DNA of 64,000 nt from NCBI GenBank assembly GCA_965228895.1, contig OZ245842.1, positions 5,312,001 through 5,376,000 of the forward strand, given 5' to 3'. Each line of letters starts with the position of its first letter. Within the stretch, counting starts at the first letter, position 1. This document shows positions 1-9,848 of this stretch, piece by piece. The notes beneath the pieces are model-generated. The model saw only the letters and a list, made by a program, of their open reading frames with translations, was not told the origin of the DNA and did no database searches. The stretch is from Alphaproteobacteria bacterium. GTDB lineage: Bacteria > Pseudomonadota > Alphaproteobacteria > SP197. The position numbers were made by a program, and so were the translations under genes.

Positions 1-80
1 ACATTGTCGGCCTGCTCTTGATGTTCGCGGTGTTGATCGTCAGGCCTCATGGCCTGTTCGGCAAGCCGGAGCGGGCATGA
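1..80 (+). CDS. livH: Branched-chain amino acid ABC permease, LivH-like (3' end only)
   Basis: Frame from nt 3 reads IVGLLLMFAVLIVRPHGLFGKPERA*, the typical LivH C-terminus; its stop overlaps the next start (ATGA 77-80). Confidence 0.75.
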   Translation, partial: IVGLLLMFAVLIVRPHGLFGKPERA

Positions 81-1171
81 GCTATTTCGTCTGGGCGCTC
101 CTGATCCTCGCGCCGCTGCTCTTGGCCGGGCTAACCCAGGCCGGTGGCGCGATTGCGGGCAGCGGTCGCCAGCGGACGACGTGGCTGTGGGTCGCCGGTG
201 TCATCGGTGTCGCGGCCTTGATGATCGCACCGCACCTCGTGACCTATTCCCAGCAGGAACTGCTGGTCTTTCTGGTCATCAACATTCTTATCGTCGCCAG
301 CTACCGCCTGCTGACGTTGACCGGCGAGTTCTCGTTGGCCCATGTCGTCATCGTCGGCGTCGGCGCGTACGGTTCGGCCATTCTCACCAAACAGGTCGGC
401 ATACCCGTGCCGATCTCCATGCTGCTCGGCGCGGCCATCGCCGGGTTGGTCGCCTTCATCCTGAGTTTCCCGCTCTTCCGCATGAAGGCGTTTTACTTCC
501 TGATCGGCTCCTTCGCCGCCGGTGAGGTCATCCGGCTTTTGTGGAAGCGCTTTCGCGAACCGTTCGGCGGACCGAAGGGCATCAAGCTGATCCCGGAGTT
601 TCCGGGGTTCGAGATCTTCGGCATTCCGTTCGAGTTCTATGAACCCGTGACGTTCTACTACTTCGCGCTGATCGTCGTCGGCCTGTCGCTATGGCTGCTG
701 TGGCGGATCGAGAACTCACGTATCGGACTGACCTTCCACGCCGTCCACTGGCAGGACCAGCTGGCCGACTCGCTCGGCGTCAACACCCGGCGCTATCGTA
801 CGCTGGCCTTCGTCATCGCGTCGGTCTTCGCCGGCTTGGCCGGCGCGCTGCTGGCGCATTACCTGGGCACCATCAATCCCAACCGTTTCGACGTCGAGGA
901 AATGGTCTATGTGCTGATCTGGGTGATCGTCGGCGGCACCGCGACGCTGTGGGGACCGATCATCGGTCTGATCGCGTTGACTGTCGTCAACGAAGTCATC
1001 CTGCGCGAGCTGGAGGTCGATGAACTCCGGCCGCTGTTCTATGGCGCGGTCCTGATCCTGGCCATGCTGTTTCTGCCATCGGGTCTGGAGACCTTGCCGC
1101 GCAAGATCAAGGAGCGTTTCGCCCGTCGTTCGCCGAGAAGCGATGCCGTCGGTACATCGGAACCCAGCTAG
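77..1171 (+). CDS. livM: Branched-chain amino acid ABC permease, LivM-like
   Basis: Multi-TM; TGEFSLAH, FGGPKGI, SRIGLTFHAV and IVGGTATLWGPIIG motifs. Confidence 0.9.
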   Translation: MSYFVWALLILAPLLLAGLTQAGGAIAGSGRQRTTWLWVAGVIGVAALMIAPHLVTYSQQELLVFLVINILIVASYRLLTLTGEFSLAHVVIVGVGAYGSAILTKQVGIPVPISMLLGAAIAGLVAFILSFPLFRMKAFYFLIGSFAAGEVIRLLWKRFREPFGGPKGIKLIPEFPGFEIFGIPFEFYEPVTFYYFALIVVGLSLWLLWRIENSRIGLTFHAVHWQDQLADSLGVNTRRYRTLAFVIASVFAGLAGALLAHYLGTINPNRFDVEEMVYVLIWVIVGGTATLWGPIIGLIALTVVNEVILRELEVDELRPLFYGAVLILAMLFLPSGLETLPRKIKERFARRSPRSDAVGTSEPS

Positions 1172-1177
1172 CCGGCG

Positions 1178-1756
1178 TCAAACCGGCCGCTGCATCACCG
1201 TGGCGCTGGTGAAGCCGAACAGACGTCGGCCCAGGCCACCCAGGTTCTCCGTCTTGACCGGCGTAAAACCGAAGCGTTCATAGAGCCGTTTGGCGCTGGG
1301 GTTGGTATCGATCACCGAAAGCTGCACGGCGGTCTTGCCGACATCGGCGGCCAACGCGACCACCGCGTTCAGCAGTTTTGTTCCGATGCCGTGTCCGCGG
1401 AACGGTTCAGCGACCGTGATACCGTCCATCACCAGCAGGTGGTCCTGCTTGTCGCTATCGAGAAACCCCAGGCAGACCATGCCGAACAGCGCCCGCGTCC
1501 AACCGCGGTGTCGCGCCATGTCCGACAGAGACGGCGCGACGAGACCGCGCCCGTCCAGGTTGAACCCGGCAACGCCGGCGACGCTCGTGCCGTCGCGCGC
1601 GACGATAACGCGGTCATGATGCAGTGTCGGGGCGATGATGGCGGCTGCGGTATCGGCGTCGCCGAACGCGGGGCGAAACTTGCGGGCGAAGGCGGCGGCA
1701 TAGAGCGCCGCGACCGCTTCTTCGTCACCAGGCCTCATACCGATCGCGATATCCAT
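1178..1756 (-). CDS. GNAT N-acetyltransferase
   Basis: VAEPFRGHGIGTKLL acetyl-CoA motif and NPSAKRLYERFGF; start moved to MDIAIG. Confidence 0.85.
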   Translation of the reverse strand: MDIAIGMRPGDEEAVAALYAAAFARKFRPAFGDADTAAAIIAPTLHHDRVIVARDGTSVAGVAGFNLDGRGLVAPSLSDMARHRGWTRALFGMVCLGFLDSDKQDHLLVMDGITVAEPFRGHGIGTKLLNAVVALAADVGKTAVQLSVIDTNPSAKRLYERFGFTPVKTENLGGLGRRLFGFTSATVMQRPV

Positions 1757-1853
1757 GACTGTAGATATGGGGCGGCCAAGAGGCCGTCGCCAGTCGGTGA
1801 CAAGGAGCAACGGGCAGCGGTCGGCGTTGCCGCCGCTGCCCGTCCGCCACGCG

Positions 1854-2705
1854 TTACGCCTGGGCCGAGGCCTCGATGCGGGCGACCGCTTCGTCGGTCG
1901 TCCACAGGCCGTTGGCGATGTAGCGGAAGTTGATGAGGGCGGCCATGTAGCCGTCGCCTTCCGGCAGTTTCGCCGCCGCGGTCGCATCGCGCACGACCGC
2001 GACCTCGAAACCCTGCTCCAAGAGTTCGTGGAGGTGTGCCTGGACGCACAAATTTGCCGACATGCCGGCCAGGATGACCTTGTCGATGCCGTTCTTGCGC
2101 AACTGCAGCACCAGGTCGTTCTGCTCGGGACCGTAGACCTTGTGCGGCGAGGCAACGATGGTTTTGCCGTCGTTGATGTAGGGTTTGTACTGCGGCATGA
2201 AGTCGGCGCCGGAACCGTCGAAACCTTCGGTGTTCAGCGGGCCGTCACGGTCGAACATGCCGATCGCATGCATCAGTTTTTCGAGCGGGCCTTCGAACTT
2301 CCAGCCGTGATCGGTCGGGTAGTAGTAGTGGGGCGAGATGGCGACGGTCATGCCGGCATCCTTGGCCGCGACCATCAGCCGCTCGATGTTCTCGACGGTG
2401 CCGTGCTCGGTGACGCTCTCGCCGACCACGCCCCAGGTGACGCCGTCCGGGCTCAAGAAATCGATCTGAGGATCGGTGACGACGAGCGCGGTGCGCGACA
2501 GGTCGATCTCGACATCGGTCTGGGGCAGGGCGGGTTCAGCCGGGTCGGCATAGGCCGCCGTGTCAGCCCGGGCGGCGCTTGGCGCAACCGCCGCGGCGCC
2601 GGCGGCAGCGGCGACAAACCCGGCGCTGCCGGTGGTCAGCGCGACGCGGCGCGTGACGCCGTGGTCATGGTCATGACTGTGATCGTGGTCGTGATCTCTG
2701 GGCAT
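1854..2705 (-). CDS. Cysteine hydrolase (isochorismatase family) with His-rich N-terminus and probable Tat signal
   Basis: TDPQIDF / HK / GMSANLCV Asp-Lys-Cys triad; TRRVAL + hydrophobic stretch + ARA; AAGGAGG RBS. Confidence 0.85.
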   Translation of the reverse strand: MPRDHDHDHSHDHDHGVTRRVALTTGSAGFVAAAAGAAAVAPSAARADTAAYADPAEPALPQTDVEIDLSRTALVVTDPQIDFLSPDGVTWGVVGESVTEHGTVENIERLMVAAKDAGMTVAISPHYYYPTDHGWKFEGPLEKLMHAIGMFDRDGPLNTEGFDGSGADFMPQYKPYINDGKTIVASPHKVYGPEQNDLVLQLRKNGIDKVILAGMSANLCVQAHLHELLEQGFEVAVVRDATAAAKLPEGDGYMAALINFRYIANGLWTTDEAVARIEASAQA

Positions 2706-2826
2706 GGTCTGCCTCCTTGGCTGGAACGGCCCCCCGAAAAAGGGCGGTCCTGCTAAGTTAGGCGGGCTCACGTGTCTTTTTGTCTTCAAGAGGTGCCGGA
2801 TCGTCCAGAATGGCCGTTGCCCATAA

Positions 2827-3753
2827 TTGGAGACCCGCTTGATCCTGCTTGAACGCCTGCTCGCCGGCCTTGATGTCGCACTCGATCCGTTCTCGGTCTG
2901 CCGGGTGCGTCGCGCGACCGGCGCGGATCTCGGACGCCACGACGAGGCCATGCTGCACTATGTGCTGACCGGCAACGGCACCGTGCTGGTCGATGGTTGC
3001 GGTCCCCTGGCGGTCAGCCCGCGCACGCTCCTGATCTCGCCGCCCGGCCAGCGCCAGCGCTTCTATGCCGGCCAGGCGAGCGGCGGCCCGTCGGACCCGC
3101 CGATATGCGATGTCATCCTGCACGCCGGGCCGGTTCTGGCGGAGGAGACTGATGGGTTGCTCATGGTGTGCTCCACCGTCCATGCGACCTATCAGCAGAC
3201 CCGCGGCCTGTTCGATCACCTGCATGAGCCCATCGTTCTACCGCTCGCCGCGGGCGAAAGCCTGACGCTCGCCTTTGACAACCTGCTCGCCGAACTGGCC
3301 GAACCGCAGCCGGGGACCGAAGACATGGTGCAGCTTCTGTTGCGCCAGAGCCTGATCCTCTTGCTCCGGCGCTATTGCGAGGGCGGCGAGTGCCGGCTGC
3401 CGTGGCTGTCGGCGCTTGAAGATCACCGGCTGGGCGCGGCGCTGGAACGTATGCTGGAGCATCCGGATGCACCGCTGACGGTTCAGGATCTGGCTGACAC
3501 CGCGGGGATGAGCCGCTCCGCGTTTTCCCAGCACTTTGCCGAAGCGTTCGGCCAGCCGCCGATGGAAATGTTCCAGGAGCTCCGGTTGCGCCAGGCGGCG
3601 AAACTGCTGCGTGATACCGACATGCCGGTCAAGCAGTTGGCCGCCCGGCTTGGTTATGCCAGCCGCAGCCACTTCTCACGCAGCTTTCGTCATCAGTTCG
3701 GCATGGCGCCGCTGGACTTCCGGGTGGGTCAGGCGAGCGGCAAGCGCCGATAA
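2827..3753 (+). CDS. AraC-family regulator with N-terminal cupin domain
   Basis: LADTAGMSRSAF and LGYASRSHFSRSFR double HTH; divergent from the hydrolase. Confidence 0.9.
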   Translation: METRLILLERLLAGLDVALDPFSVCRVRRATGADLGRHDEAMLHYVLTGNGTVLVDGCGPLAVSPRTLLISPPGQRQRFYAGQASGGPSDPPICDVILHAGPVLAEETDGLLMVCSTVHATYQQTRGLFDHLHEPIVLPLAAGESLTLAFDNLLAELAEPQPGTEDMVQLLLRQSLILLLRRYCEGGECRLPWLSALEDHRLGAALERMLEHPDAPLTVQDLADTAGMSRSAFSQHFAEAFGQPPMEMFQELRLRQAAKLLRDTDMPVKQLAARLGYASRSHFSRSFRHQFGMAPLDFRVGQASGKRR

Positions 3754-4910
3754 CGTCCGCCGAGCGCGGGGTCGACGTAGTAGCTCAGTGGGCCTTCGTC
3801 GACAAACAGGCGATGGGCGTAGGCAAGCCGGTCGCGGTCAAGCGTCACGCCGAGCCCCGGGCCCGTTGGGACCGGCAGAACGTTGTCGGTCGGCCGGAAC
3901 GGCCCGCCCTCGACGACGTCAAGCGCCTGCCAGGCGAAGATCGACTGGCTGGGTTCGCGGATATGGTGCAGCGCGGCAGCCATGTGCAGATAGGCCGAGG
4001 TCATGATGCCGCTGTCGCCGCTGTAGAACCAGAAGTCGATCCCCATCTCTTCGGCTGCGCCGACAAAACGTTGGGTGCGCGCGATGCCGCCCAGCGCGGC
4101 GATGTTGACGACAACCGCATCCGGCGCGCCGAGCGCCGCCGCACGCCTGAGGTCGGGCAGATGCGCGGAGAACGGAACTGACGTGTGGCGTCTGAGCTTC
4201 GCCATCTCCTCGAAGCTCGCGACCGGTTCCTCCCAGTTGCGGATATCGAGCGGCTCGATCTCGCGCGCAATACGGATGGCCGTGGGCACGGTGTAGGCCA
4301 TGTTGGAATCAAGCCGGATCATGGCGTCGGGACCCAGGCGCTGGCGCAGGGTGCGCACGACGGCGACGGAAAGCGCGGCGTCTTCGAAGGCGACCTTGCC
4401 CTCAAAATAGGTCGAGCCGTGGGCCTCCCGCTTGGCCTGGCAGTAATCGGCGATCGCCTCGGGGCTCGACTCGCCGCCCTTGCTGTCGCGTTCGGCGCGG
4501 TAGGCGAAGTATTCGGTGAACGGGATCTCGTCGCGCACCGCGCCGCCCAAGAGCGTTGCGACCGGTACCCCCCAGAGCTTGCCGCGCAGATCCCAGAGCG
4601 CGATCTCAATGGCACCGAAAGCCCGCAGCGCACCACTGTCGTCGGTGTTGACGCTGGTCCGAACCTCCGGCAGGCAGCGTGCCTCGGCGCCCGCGATATC
4701 GAGAGCGTCCGTGCCGATAAGGCGTTCGGCAAGTGCCTCGATGGCCAGAGCTTCACCATGCGACGGCGATTCTCCCAGTCCGGTCAGACCCTGATCGGTC
4801 TCGACCTCGACGATGGTTTTCGAGAAGCCCGGATGCTCGCCCAGCGCCCAGATATAGGGTGCTTCGAGCGGCAGGTTGACCGGGGTCGCGCGGATGGCGG
4901 TGATCTTCAT
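3729..4910 (-). CDS. Enolase-superfamily enzyme (mandelate racemase/muconate lactonizing family)
   Basis: VETDQGLTGLGES, IEIALWDLRGK, LDSN, WEEP, PTGPGLGV. Confidence 0.9.
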   Translation of the reverse strand: MKITAIRATPVNLPLEAPYIWALGEHPGFSKTIVEVETDQGLTGLGESPSHGEALAIEALAERLIGTDALDIAGAEARCLPEVRTSVNTDDSGALRAFGAIEIALWDLRGKLWGVPVATLLGGAVRDEIPFTEYFAYRAERDSKGGESSPEAIADYCQAKREAHGSTYFEGKVAFEDAALSVAVVRTLRQRLGPDAMIRLDSNMAYTVPTAIRIAREIEPLDIRNWEEPVASFEEMAKLRRHTSVPFSAHLPDLRRAAALGAPDAVVVNIAALGGIARTQRFVGAAEEMGIDFWFYSGDSGIMTSAYLHMAAALHHIREPSQSIFAWQALDVVEGGPFRPTDNVLPVPTGPGLGVTLDRDRLAYAHRLFVDEGPLSYYVDPALGGRYRRLPLA

Positions 4911-5554
4911 GGCCGATTGTCCGTTGTTGCGAGAACAGGCGCCAGCAGCGCAGCGGCATAGAGACGGCGTTCATCGTCATGGCGTTGCGGTGGCCGTGCG
5001 ACCCATCGGTCGATCACGTCGGCGTCGACCGGCTCGCCAAGCGCCGACGCCATGGCGGCCGCGCCCGCCTCGCGCATGCCAAAGGCATCGCGCCGCGCCG
5101 CCATCGCCTCGCGCAGGCCGCCGTGGTCGTCGCACAAGAGCGCCATGTTGGCTGCACATCCGGCGCGCCCGGCGGCGGCGGTCTTGAGATGGCGCGTGCG
5201 GGTGATCGCCGGATAAGCGCCGGGGTGTTTTGACTCAAGGCGCAGATGAAACATTGAGCTGCGCGCCGCCTGCGCCGCGCCCATAACCGCGACCCAATCT
5301 TCGGCGGCCTGCCAGGCATGACGTGCTTTATCGAAGAACTGCAATGCCCCATCACGATCACTGTTGGCGGCAGCCAGCGAACCCAGAGCATCGAAGCTCG
5401 CCGCGCGTCGCGGGTCGTTCGGGGCAAAGACCTCCGTCATGTCACAGGCGGCGCACCATAAACGACCGGCATCGTCCAACGCGCCGGTGTTGAGCAGCGC
5501 GCGTGCGCGCACCATCCATTGTTCCCAAAGATGATCGCTCAGCAGCCAGACCAT
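4907..5554 (-). CDS. Hypothetical TPR-like helical protein
   Basis: Overlap-coupled to both neighbours; DPRRAASFDALG...ALQFFDKA TPR-like pattern. Confidence 0.6.
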   Translation of the reverse strand: MVWLLSDHLWEQWMVRARALLNTGALDDAGRLWCAACDMTEVFAPNDPRRAASFDALGSLAAANSDRDGALQFFDKARHAWQAAEDWVAVMGAAQAARSSMFHLRLESKHPGAYPAITRTRHLKTAAAGRAGCAANMALLCDDHGGLREAMAARRDAFGMREAGAAAMASALGEPVDADVIDRWVARPPQRHDDERRLYAAALLAPVLATTDNRP

Positions 5555-6261
5555 CAACCACCGAGATAGGCGCGCTTGACGTGTTCGTGCTCGTGCAGTT
5601 CGGCGGCGGGACCTTCAAGCGCGACGCGGCCGGTCTCCATGACATAGGCGTAGTCGGCGATCTTCAGTGCGAGTTCGGCGTTCTGCTCGACCAGCACCAC
5701 CGGCACACCGCGCTGGTGAATCTCAACGACGATCTTGGCGATCTCCTGCACCAGGACCGGCGACAAGCCGATCGACGGTTCGTCGAGCAGGAGAAGTTTG
5801 GGTCCCGCCATCAACGCGCGGCCCATGGCCAGCATCTGCTGTTCGCCACCCGACAGTGTCTTGGCGTATTGCGGACGGCGTTCCTTCAGTCTCGGGAAAT
5901 GATCGAAGACGTCGTCTAGATCGCGTCTGATCTTGTCCTTGTCCTTGCGCAGATAGGCGCCGGTCATCAGGTTTTCGAGCACGGTGAGCTCGGGGAAGAC
6001 GTGACGGCCTTCGGGCACCTGCGCGATGCCGCGCGCGACGATCTTTTCCGGTGCCAGCTTGTCGATGCGTTCGCCCTCGAATCGGATCTCGCCGGCGGAC
6101 GCGCGCACCAGACCGGAAATCGTGCGAAGCGTGCTGCTCTTGCCCGCACCATTCGCGCCGATCAGGGTGATGATGTTGTCGGCGTCCAAATGCAGGCTGA
6201 CGCCTTTGACCGCCTGCACCTTGCCGTAGTGAACCTCCAGGTCGTTGACCTCGAACAGCAT
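5554..6261 (-). CDS. livF: BCAA ABC ATP-binding protein, LivF-like
   Basis: GANGAGKS, QVPEGRHVF, LSGGEQQM, LLLDEPS, LVEQNA. Confidence 0.92.
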   Translation of the reverse strand: MLFEVNDLEVHYGKVQAVKGVSLHLDADNIITLIGANGAGKSSTLRTISGLVRASAGEIRFEGERIDKLAPEKIVARGIAQVPEGRHVFPELTVLENLMTGAYLRKDKDKIRRDLDDVFDHFPRLKERRPQYAKTLSGGEQQMLAMGRALMAGPKLLLLDEPSIGLSPVLVQEIAKIVVEIHQRGVPVVLVEQNAELALKIADYAYVMETGRVALEGPAAELHEHEHVKRAYLGG

Positions 6262-6481
6262 GATCGTTCCAACCGATGTCTTAAGAAGATGATCGCATGC
6301 GCTGTCGATTAGGCGTGATGACCAACGCCAAATCAAGCTCTACGGCGGAGGGCGATGAGAACATGGGGCACCAGCCATCGTGTGCAACCATGAATTTTTC
6401 GTTCTGCGATTGCGTGCTGCCGTTTCTTTGCTCACGATCGCCGCCACGTCAGACGGTCGAAAACGGATGGTTTAGAATCTC

Positions 6482-6853
6482 ATGACATCGGCAGACGAAT
6501 GCTTTCAGACAATCCCCATCTTTCGCATCTTTGATGTCGAGAAGGCACGGGCGTTTTACATCGACTTCCTTGGCATGACGGTGGATTGGGAGCATCGCAT
6601 TGAAGACGGTGGCCCGATCTACATGCAGGTGTCGCGCGGTTCGTTGCGACTACATTTGAGCGAGCATCACGGCGATTGCTGCCCGGGCTCAACCGTCTAT
6701 GTGCAGACGACCGGCCTTGAAGACTTCCACCATGATATCACGGGCAAGGGCTACGCGTTCATGCGGCCTGGCCTTGATGACGCGCCCTGGGGTGAAAAGA
6801 TCATGGAGGTCATCGACCCCTTCGGTAACCGCTTGCGGTTCTGCGGCACCTAG
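6482..6853 (+). CDS. Glyoxalase/bleomycin-resistance (VOC) protein
   Basis: KARAFYIDFLG, LHLSEHHGD, DPFGNRLRF. Confidence 0.88.
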   Translation: MTSADECFQTIPIFRIFDVEKARAFYIDFLGMTVDWEHRIEDGGPIYMQVSRGSLRLHLSEHHGDCCPGSTVYVQTTGLEDFHHDITGKGYAFMRPGLDDAPWGEKIMEVIDPFGNRLRFCGT

Positions 6854-7605
6854 ACCGGGGTTCCAAGATAGGCCTCGACGACCTCCGGGTTGGCGCGGAT
6901 CGCCTCCGGCGCACCCTCGGCCAACAGGCTGCCGAAGTTAAGGACCGTGATGTGTTCGCACAGCCCCATCACCGCCTGCATGTCGTGTTCGACCAAGAGG
7001 ATGGTGACGCCGGAGTCGCGCACCTGGCGGATCAGTTCCATCATGCGCCGGGTCTCTTCCGGGTTCATGCCGGTGAACGGTTCGTCGAGCATCAAGAGCT
7101 TCGGTCCGGTGGCGAGCGCGACCGCGATGCCCAAGGCGCGTTGCAGGCCGTGGGGCAGGTTGGAGCAGAGCTCGTCTTTGAGATCGCTGAGCTCCATGAA
7201 GTCGAGAATCTCATCGACACGCGCCCGCGCTTTCTCTTCACGATCTTTGTTGAGACCCAACAGCACGCTGAACGCATCGACGCGCGCCGTTAAATGACAG
7301 CCGACCAACACGTTGTCGTAGACTGTGAACTCGTGAAACAGCGTCGTCGCTTGAAACGTGCGGACCAGGCCGAGTTCGGTGATCGCGCTTGTCTTCATGC
7401 CGGAGATATCGCGGCCGTCATAGACGACGCGTCCGGCACTTGGCTTGTAGTAGCCGCTGATGACGTTGAACGTCGTCGTCTTGCCGGCGCCGTTGGGTCC
7501 GATCAGCCCATGAATGGTGCCCGGTTCGATCTGGAAGCTCAGATTGTTGACGGCCGTCAGCCCGCCAAAACGGCGCGTCAGACGATCGACCTCAAGCAGC
7601 GTCAT
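6850..7605 (-). CDS. livG: BCAA ABC ATP-binding protein, LivG-like
   Basis: FGGLTAV, GPNGAGKTT, RTFQ, LVEHDM, VVEAYLG. Confidence 0.92.
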   Translation of the reverse strand: MTLLEVDRLTRRFGGLTAVNNLSFQIEPGTIHGLIGPNGAGKTTTFNVISGYYKPSAGRVVYDGRDISGMKTSAITELGLVRTFQATTLFHEFTVYDNVLVGCHLTARVDAFSVLLGLNKDREEKARARVDEILDFMELSDLKDELCSNLPHGLQRALGIAVALATGPKLLMLDEPFTGMNPEETRRMMELIRQVRDSGVTILLVEHDMQAVMGLCEHITVLNFGSLLAEGAPEAIRANPEVVEAYLGTPV

Positions 7606-7705
7606 GATTTTGCCCCTGGCGTTCGGCCAACTTGGAAGGACAGCCGGCGGCCGTTATAGCAAACTTGCATGGCGACGGAACGCAGTGGTTGTCAGGGGCT
7701 TGCGC

Positions 7706-8467
7706 TCAACCCGTGACGATCAGGTTGACGCCGGCGGTTTCGAGCCGGCGGGCATAATCCAGGGGCAATTGCTGGTCGGTGACCAGCACGTCGATGTCCT
7801 CGAAGCCCGCGACCCTGACCGGCGCGCGCCGGTTGATCTTGGCGTGATCGGCGACGACGACGGCGCGTTGCGCGTGACGGATAACGGCGCTGGAGAATTC
7901 GGCTTCGTCGACGTAGTAGTCCATCAGGCCGGCATCCAGATCGACGGCGGCGATCGACAGGATCGCGGTGTGCACCTGGAAGCGTTCGACGAAGCGGATG
8001 GCTTCATGACCGAGCACGGCGCCATCGTCCGCGCGGATCTCGCCGCCGGCGATATAGACACGATTGCCGTTACGCGAGGCCAGCGTGCGTGCGATGTCCG
8101 CGCAGTTGGTGGCGACCAGCAGGTCACGATGGCCGGTCAGCGCCCGCGCCACGTAAGCTGTCGTGGTGCCCGTATCCAGCATGACGGATTCGCCGTTTTC
8201 GATCAGGCCGGCGGTGGCCTCGGCAATCGCGCGTTTGGCCTCGGCATGCTCGTCCATGCGCTGGCGAAACGCGCTTTCGCGCAACGGCTCCGGCAACGCG
8301 ACGCCGCCGTGCACCTTGCGCACCAAGCCGCGCGCGGCGAGCCGGCGAATATCACGGCGGATCGTCTCGTCGGAAACGTGCAAACGCTCTGCGAGATCGC
8401 CAACGCCACACAAGCCGCGTTCGCGAACCGCCGTGACAATGGCCGACTGTCGTTCCGTTGCATGCAT
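7706..8467 (-). CDS. DeoR/GlpR-family transcriptional regulator
   Basis: VSDETIRRD HTH, VHGG, LDTGTT. Confidence 0.92.
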   Translation of the reverse strand: MHATERQSAIVTAVRERGLCGVGDLAERLHVSDETIRRDIRRLAARGLVRKVHGGVALPEPLRESAFRQRMDEHAEAKRAIAEATAGLIENGESVMLDTGTTTAYVARALTGHRDLLVATNCADIARTLASRNGNRVYIAGGEIRADDGAVLGHEAIRFVERFQVHTAILSIAAVDLDAGLMDYYVDEAEFSSAVIRHAQRAVVVADHAKINRRAPVRVAGFEDIDVLVTDQQLPLDYARRLETAGVNLIVTG

Positions 8468-8675
8468 GGAACTTCTCCGAAGAGGCCATTAATCTAGAGA
8501 GTATACCGAGAATCAATACAAATGCTGACATGTGGAATCAAACCAAGTTTCGTCTGCATTTGTGTGGGATGCTGTTGTTTTGTCTTGTTTCATAGGGAAA
8601 TTACCGCTTTCATGGCGACCAGACGGCTGCGTGAAGCTGCTTGGGTTCAACACAACAATACCGGGGAGGTAAGAT

Positions 8676-9632
8676 ATGTTGACAAGTTTGCGTGCGACGG
8701 CGCTGGCGGGTGCGCTCGGCGTCTTTTTGACCGGCCAGGCGATGGCCCAAGCGCCGGAATCAGACGACCCCATCAAACTCACCCTGCACGACTGGACGGG
8801 TCAGTACATCACCACGACCATCATGGGCGAGGTGCTGAAGTCCATGGGCTACAACGTTGAGTACGTCCAGGCCGACTACATCGCTCAGTTCGCGGGTCTT
8901 GAGTCCGGCGATCTGCACATCGCCATGGAGATGTGGGAGACCACGGGCAAGGAAGCCCTGGAAGCCTCGCTCGAAACCGGCAAGACGCTGGACCTGGGCG
9001 AGACCGGCATGTTTGCCATCGAGGAGTGGTGGTATCCGATCTACATGAAGGAGCGCTGCCCGGGCCTGCCCGACTGGCAAGCGCTGAACGATTGCGCCGA
9101 AGAGTTCGCGACGCCCGAGACGGCCCCCAAGGGCCGTTACCTCGGCGGTCCCGTCACCTGGGCCGGGTTCGATGACGAGCGCGCCGAGGCGCTCGGCCTC
9201 GACATCGAGGTCATCCACGCCGGCACGGACGCCGCCCTGTTCGCCGAACTGCAGTCGGCCTATCAGCGCGAAGCGCCGTTCCTGGGCTGGGTCTACGCCC
9301 CGCACTGGGCGCCGACCAAGTTCGAGGGCGAGTGGATCGAGTTCCCGAGCTACACCGAAGAGTGCTACAGCGATCCGTCCTGGGGCATCAATCCCGACAT
9401 GGCTTATGACTGCGGCAAGCCGCGCGGCTGGATCAAGAAGGTCGGCTGGAAGGACGGCGAAGGCAAATGGCCTTGCGCCTACTCGGCCGTGCGCGGGTTC
9501 CACATCGAGAACGATGCCATGGGCAACATGGTTGCCGAGGTCGATCTGGAAGGCCGCGACCTGAATGAGGTTGTCGGCGAATGGATGGACAACAACAAGG
9601 ACACCTGGCAGGCCTGGACGACCTGCGAGTAA
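8676..9632 (+). CDS. Glycine betaine/proline-family ABC substrate-binding protein
   Basis: Signal peptide, HDWTGQ, MEMWET, YAPHW; upstream of ProV/ProW-like genes. Confidence 0.88.
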   Translation: MLTSLRATALAGALGVFLTGQAMAQAPESDDPIKLTLHDWTGQYITTTIMGEVLKSMGYNVEYVQADYIAQFAGLESGDLHIAMEMWETTGKEALEASLETGKTLDLGETGMFAIEEWWYPIYMKERCPGLPDWQALNDCAEEFATPETAPKGRYLGGPVTWAGFDDERAEALGLDIEVIHAGTDAALFAELQSAYQREAPFLGWVYAPHWAPTKFEGEWIEFPSYTEECYSDPSWGINPDMAYDCGKPRGWIKKVGWKDGEGKWPCAYSAVRGFHIENDAMGNMVAEVDLEGRDLNEVVGEWMDNNKDTWQAWTTCE

Positions 9633-9658
9633 GCAAACGATGCTAAGGTGATGGCCGT

Positions 9659-9797
9659 TAGAGCAGGTCCTGTCTTGGTGGAATCGCTTCGCGATTCCGT
9701 CAAGGCAGGTGAAGCTGCTCTACTCATAGATAGAGAGCGGATTCACATGGTTCGGTGGAACCGTCAGACGGTTCCACCGAACCATGATCCGCTCTAG
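9659..9797. repeat. Twin-hairpin intergenic element, copy 1
   Basis: TAGAGCAG...ATCGC-ttc-GCGAT...CTGCTCTA, linker, TAGAGAGCGGATTCA + 20-bp inverted repeat + ATCCGCTCTAG. Confidence 0.85.
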
Positions 9798-9848
9798 GGA
9801 TCGGGGGGAAGATCCTGGCGGCCATCTGTCTTTCCGGGGCCAGCAACG

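Noticed and set aside
6262-6481. Possible riboswitch or small ORF upstream of the VOC gene
   Set aside because: No recognisable aptamer, stable structure or convincing ORF.
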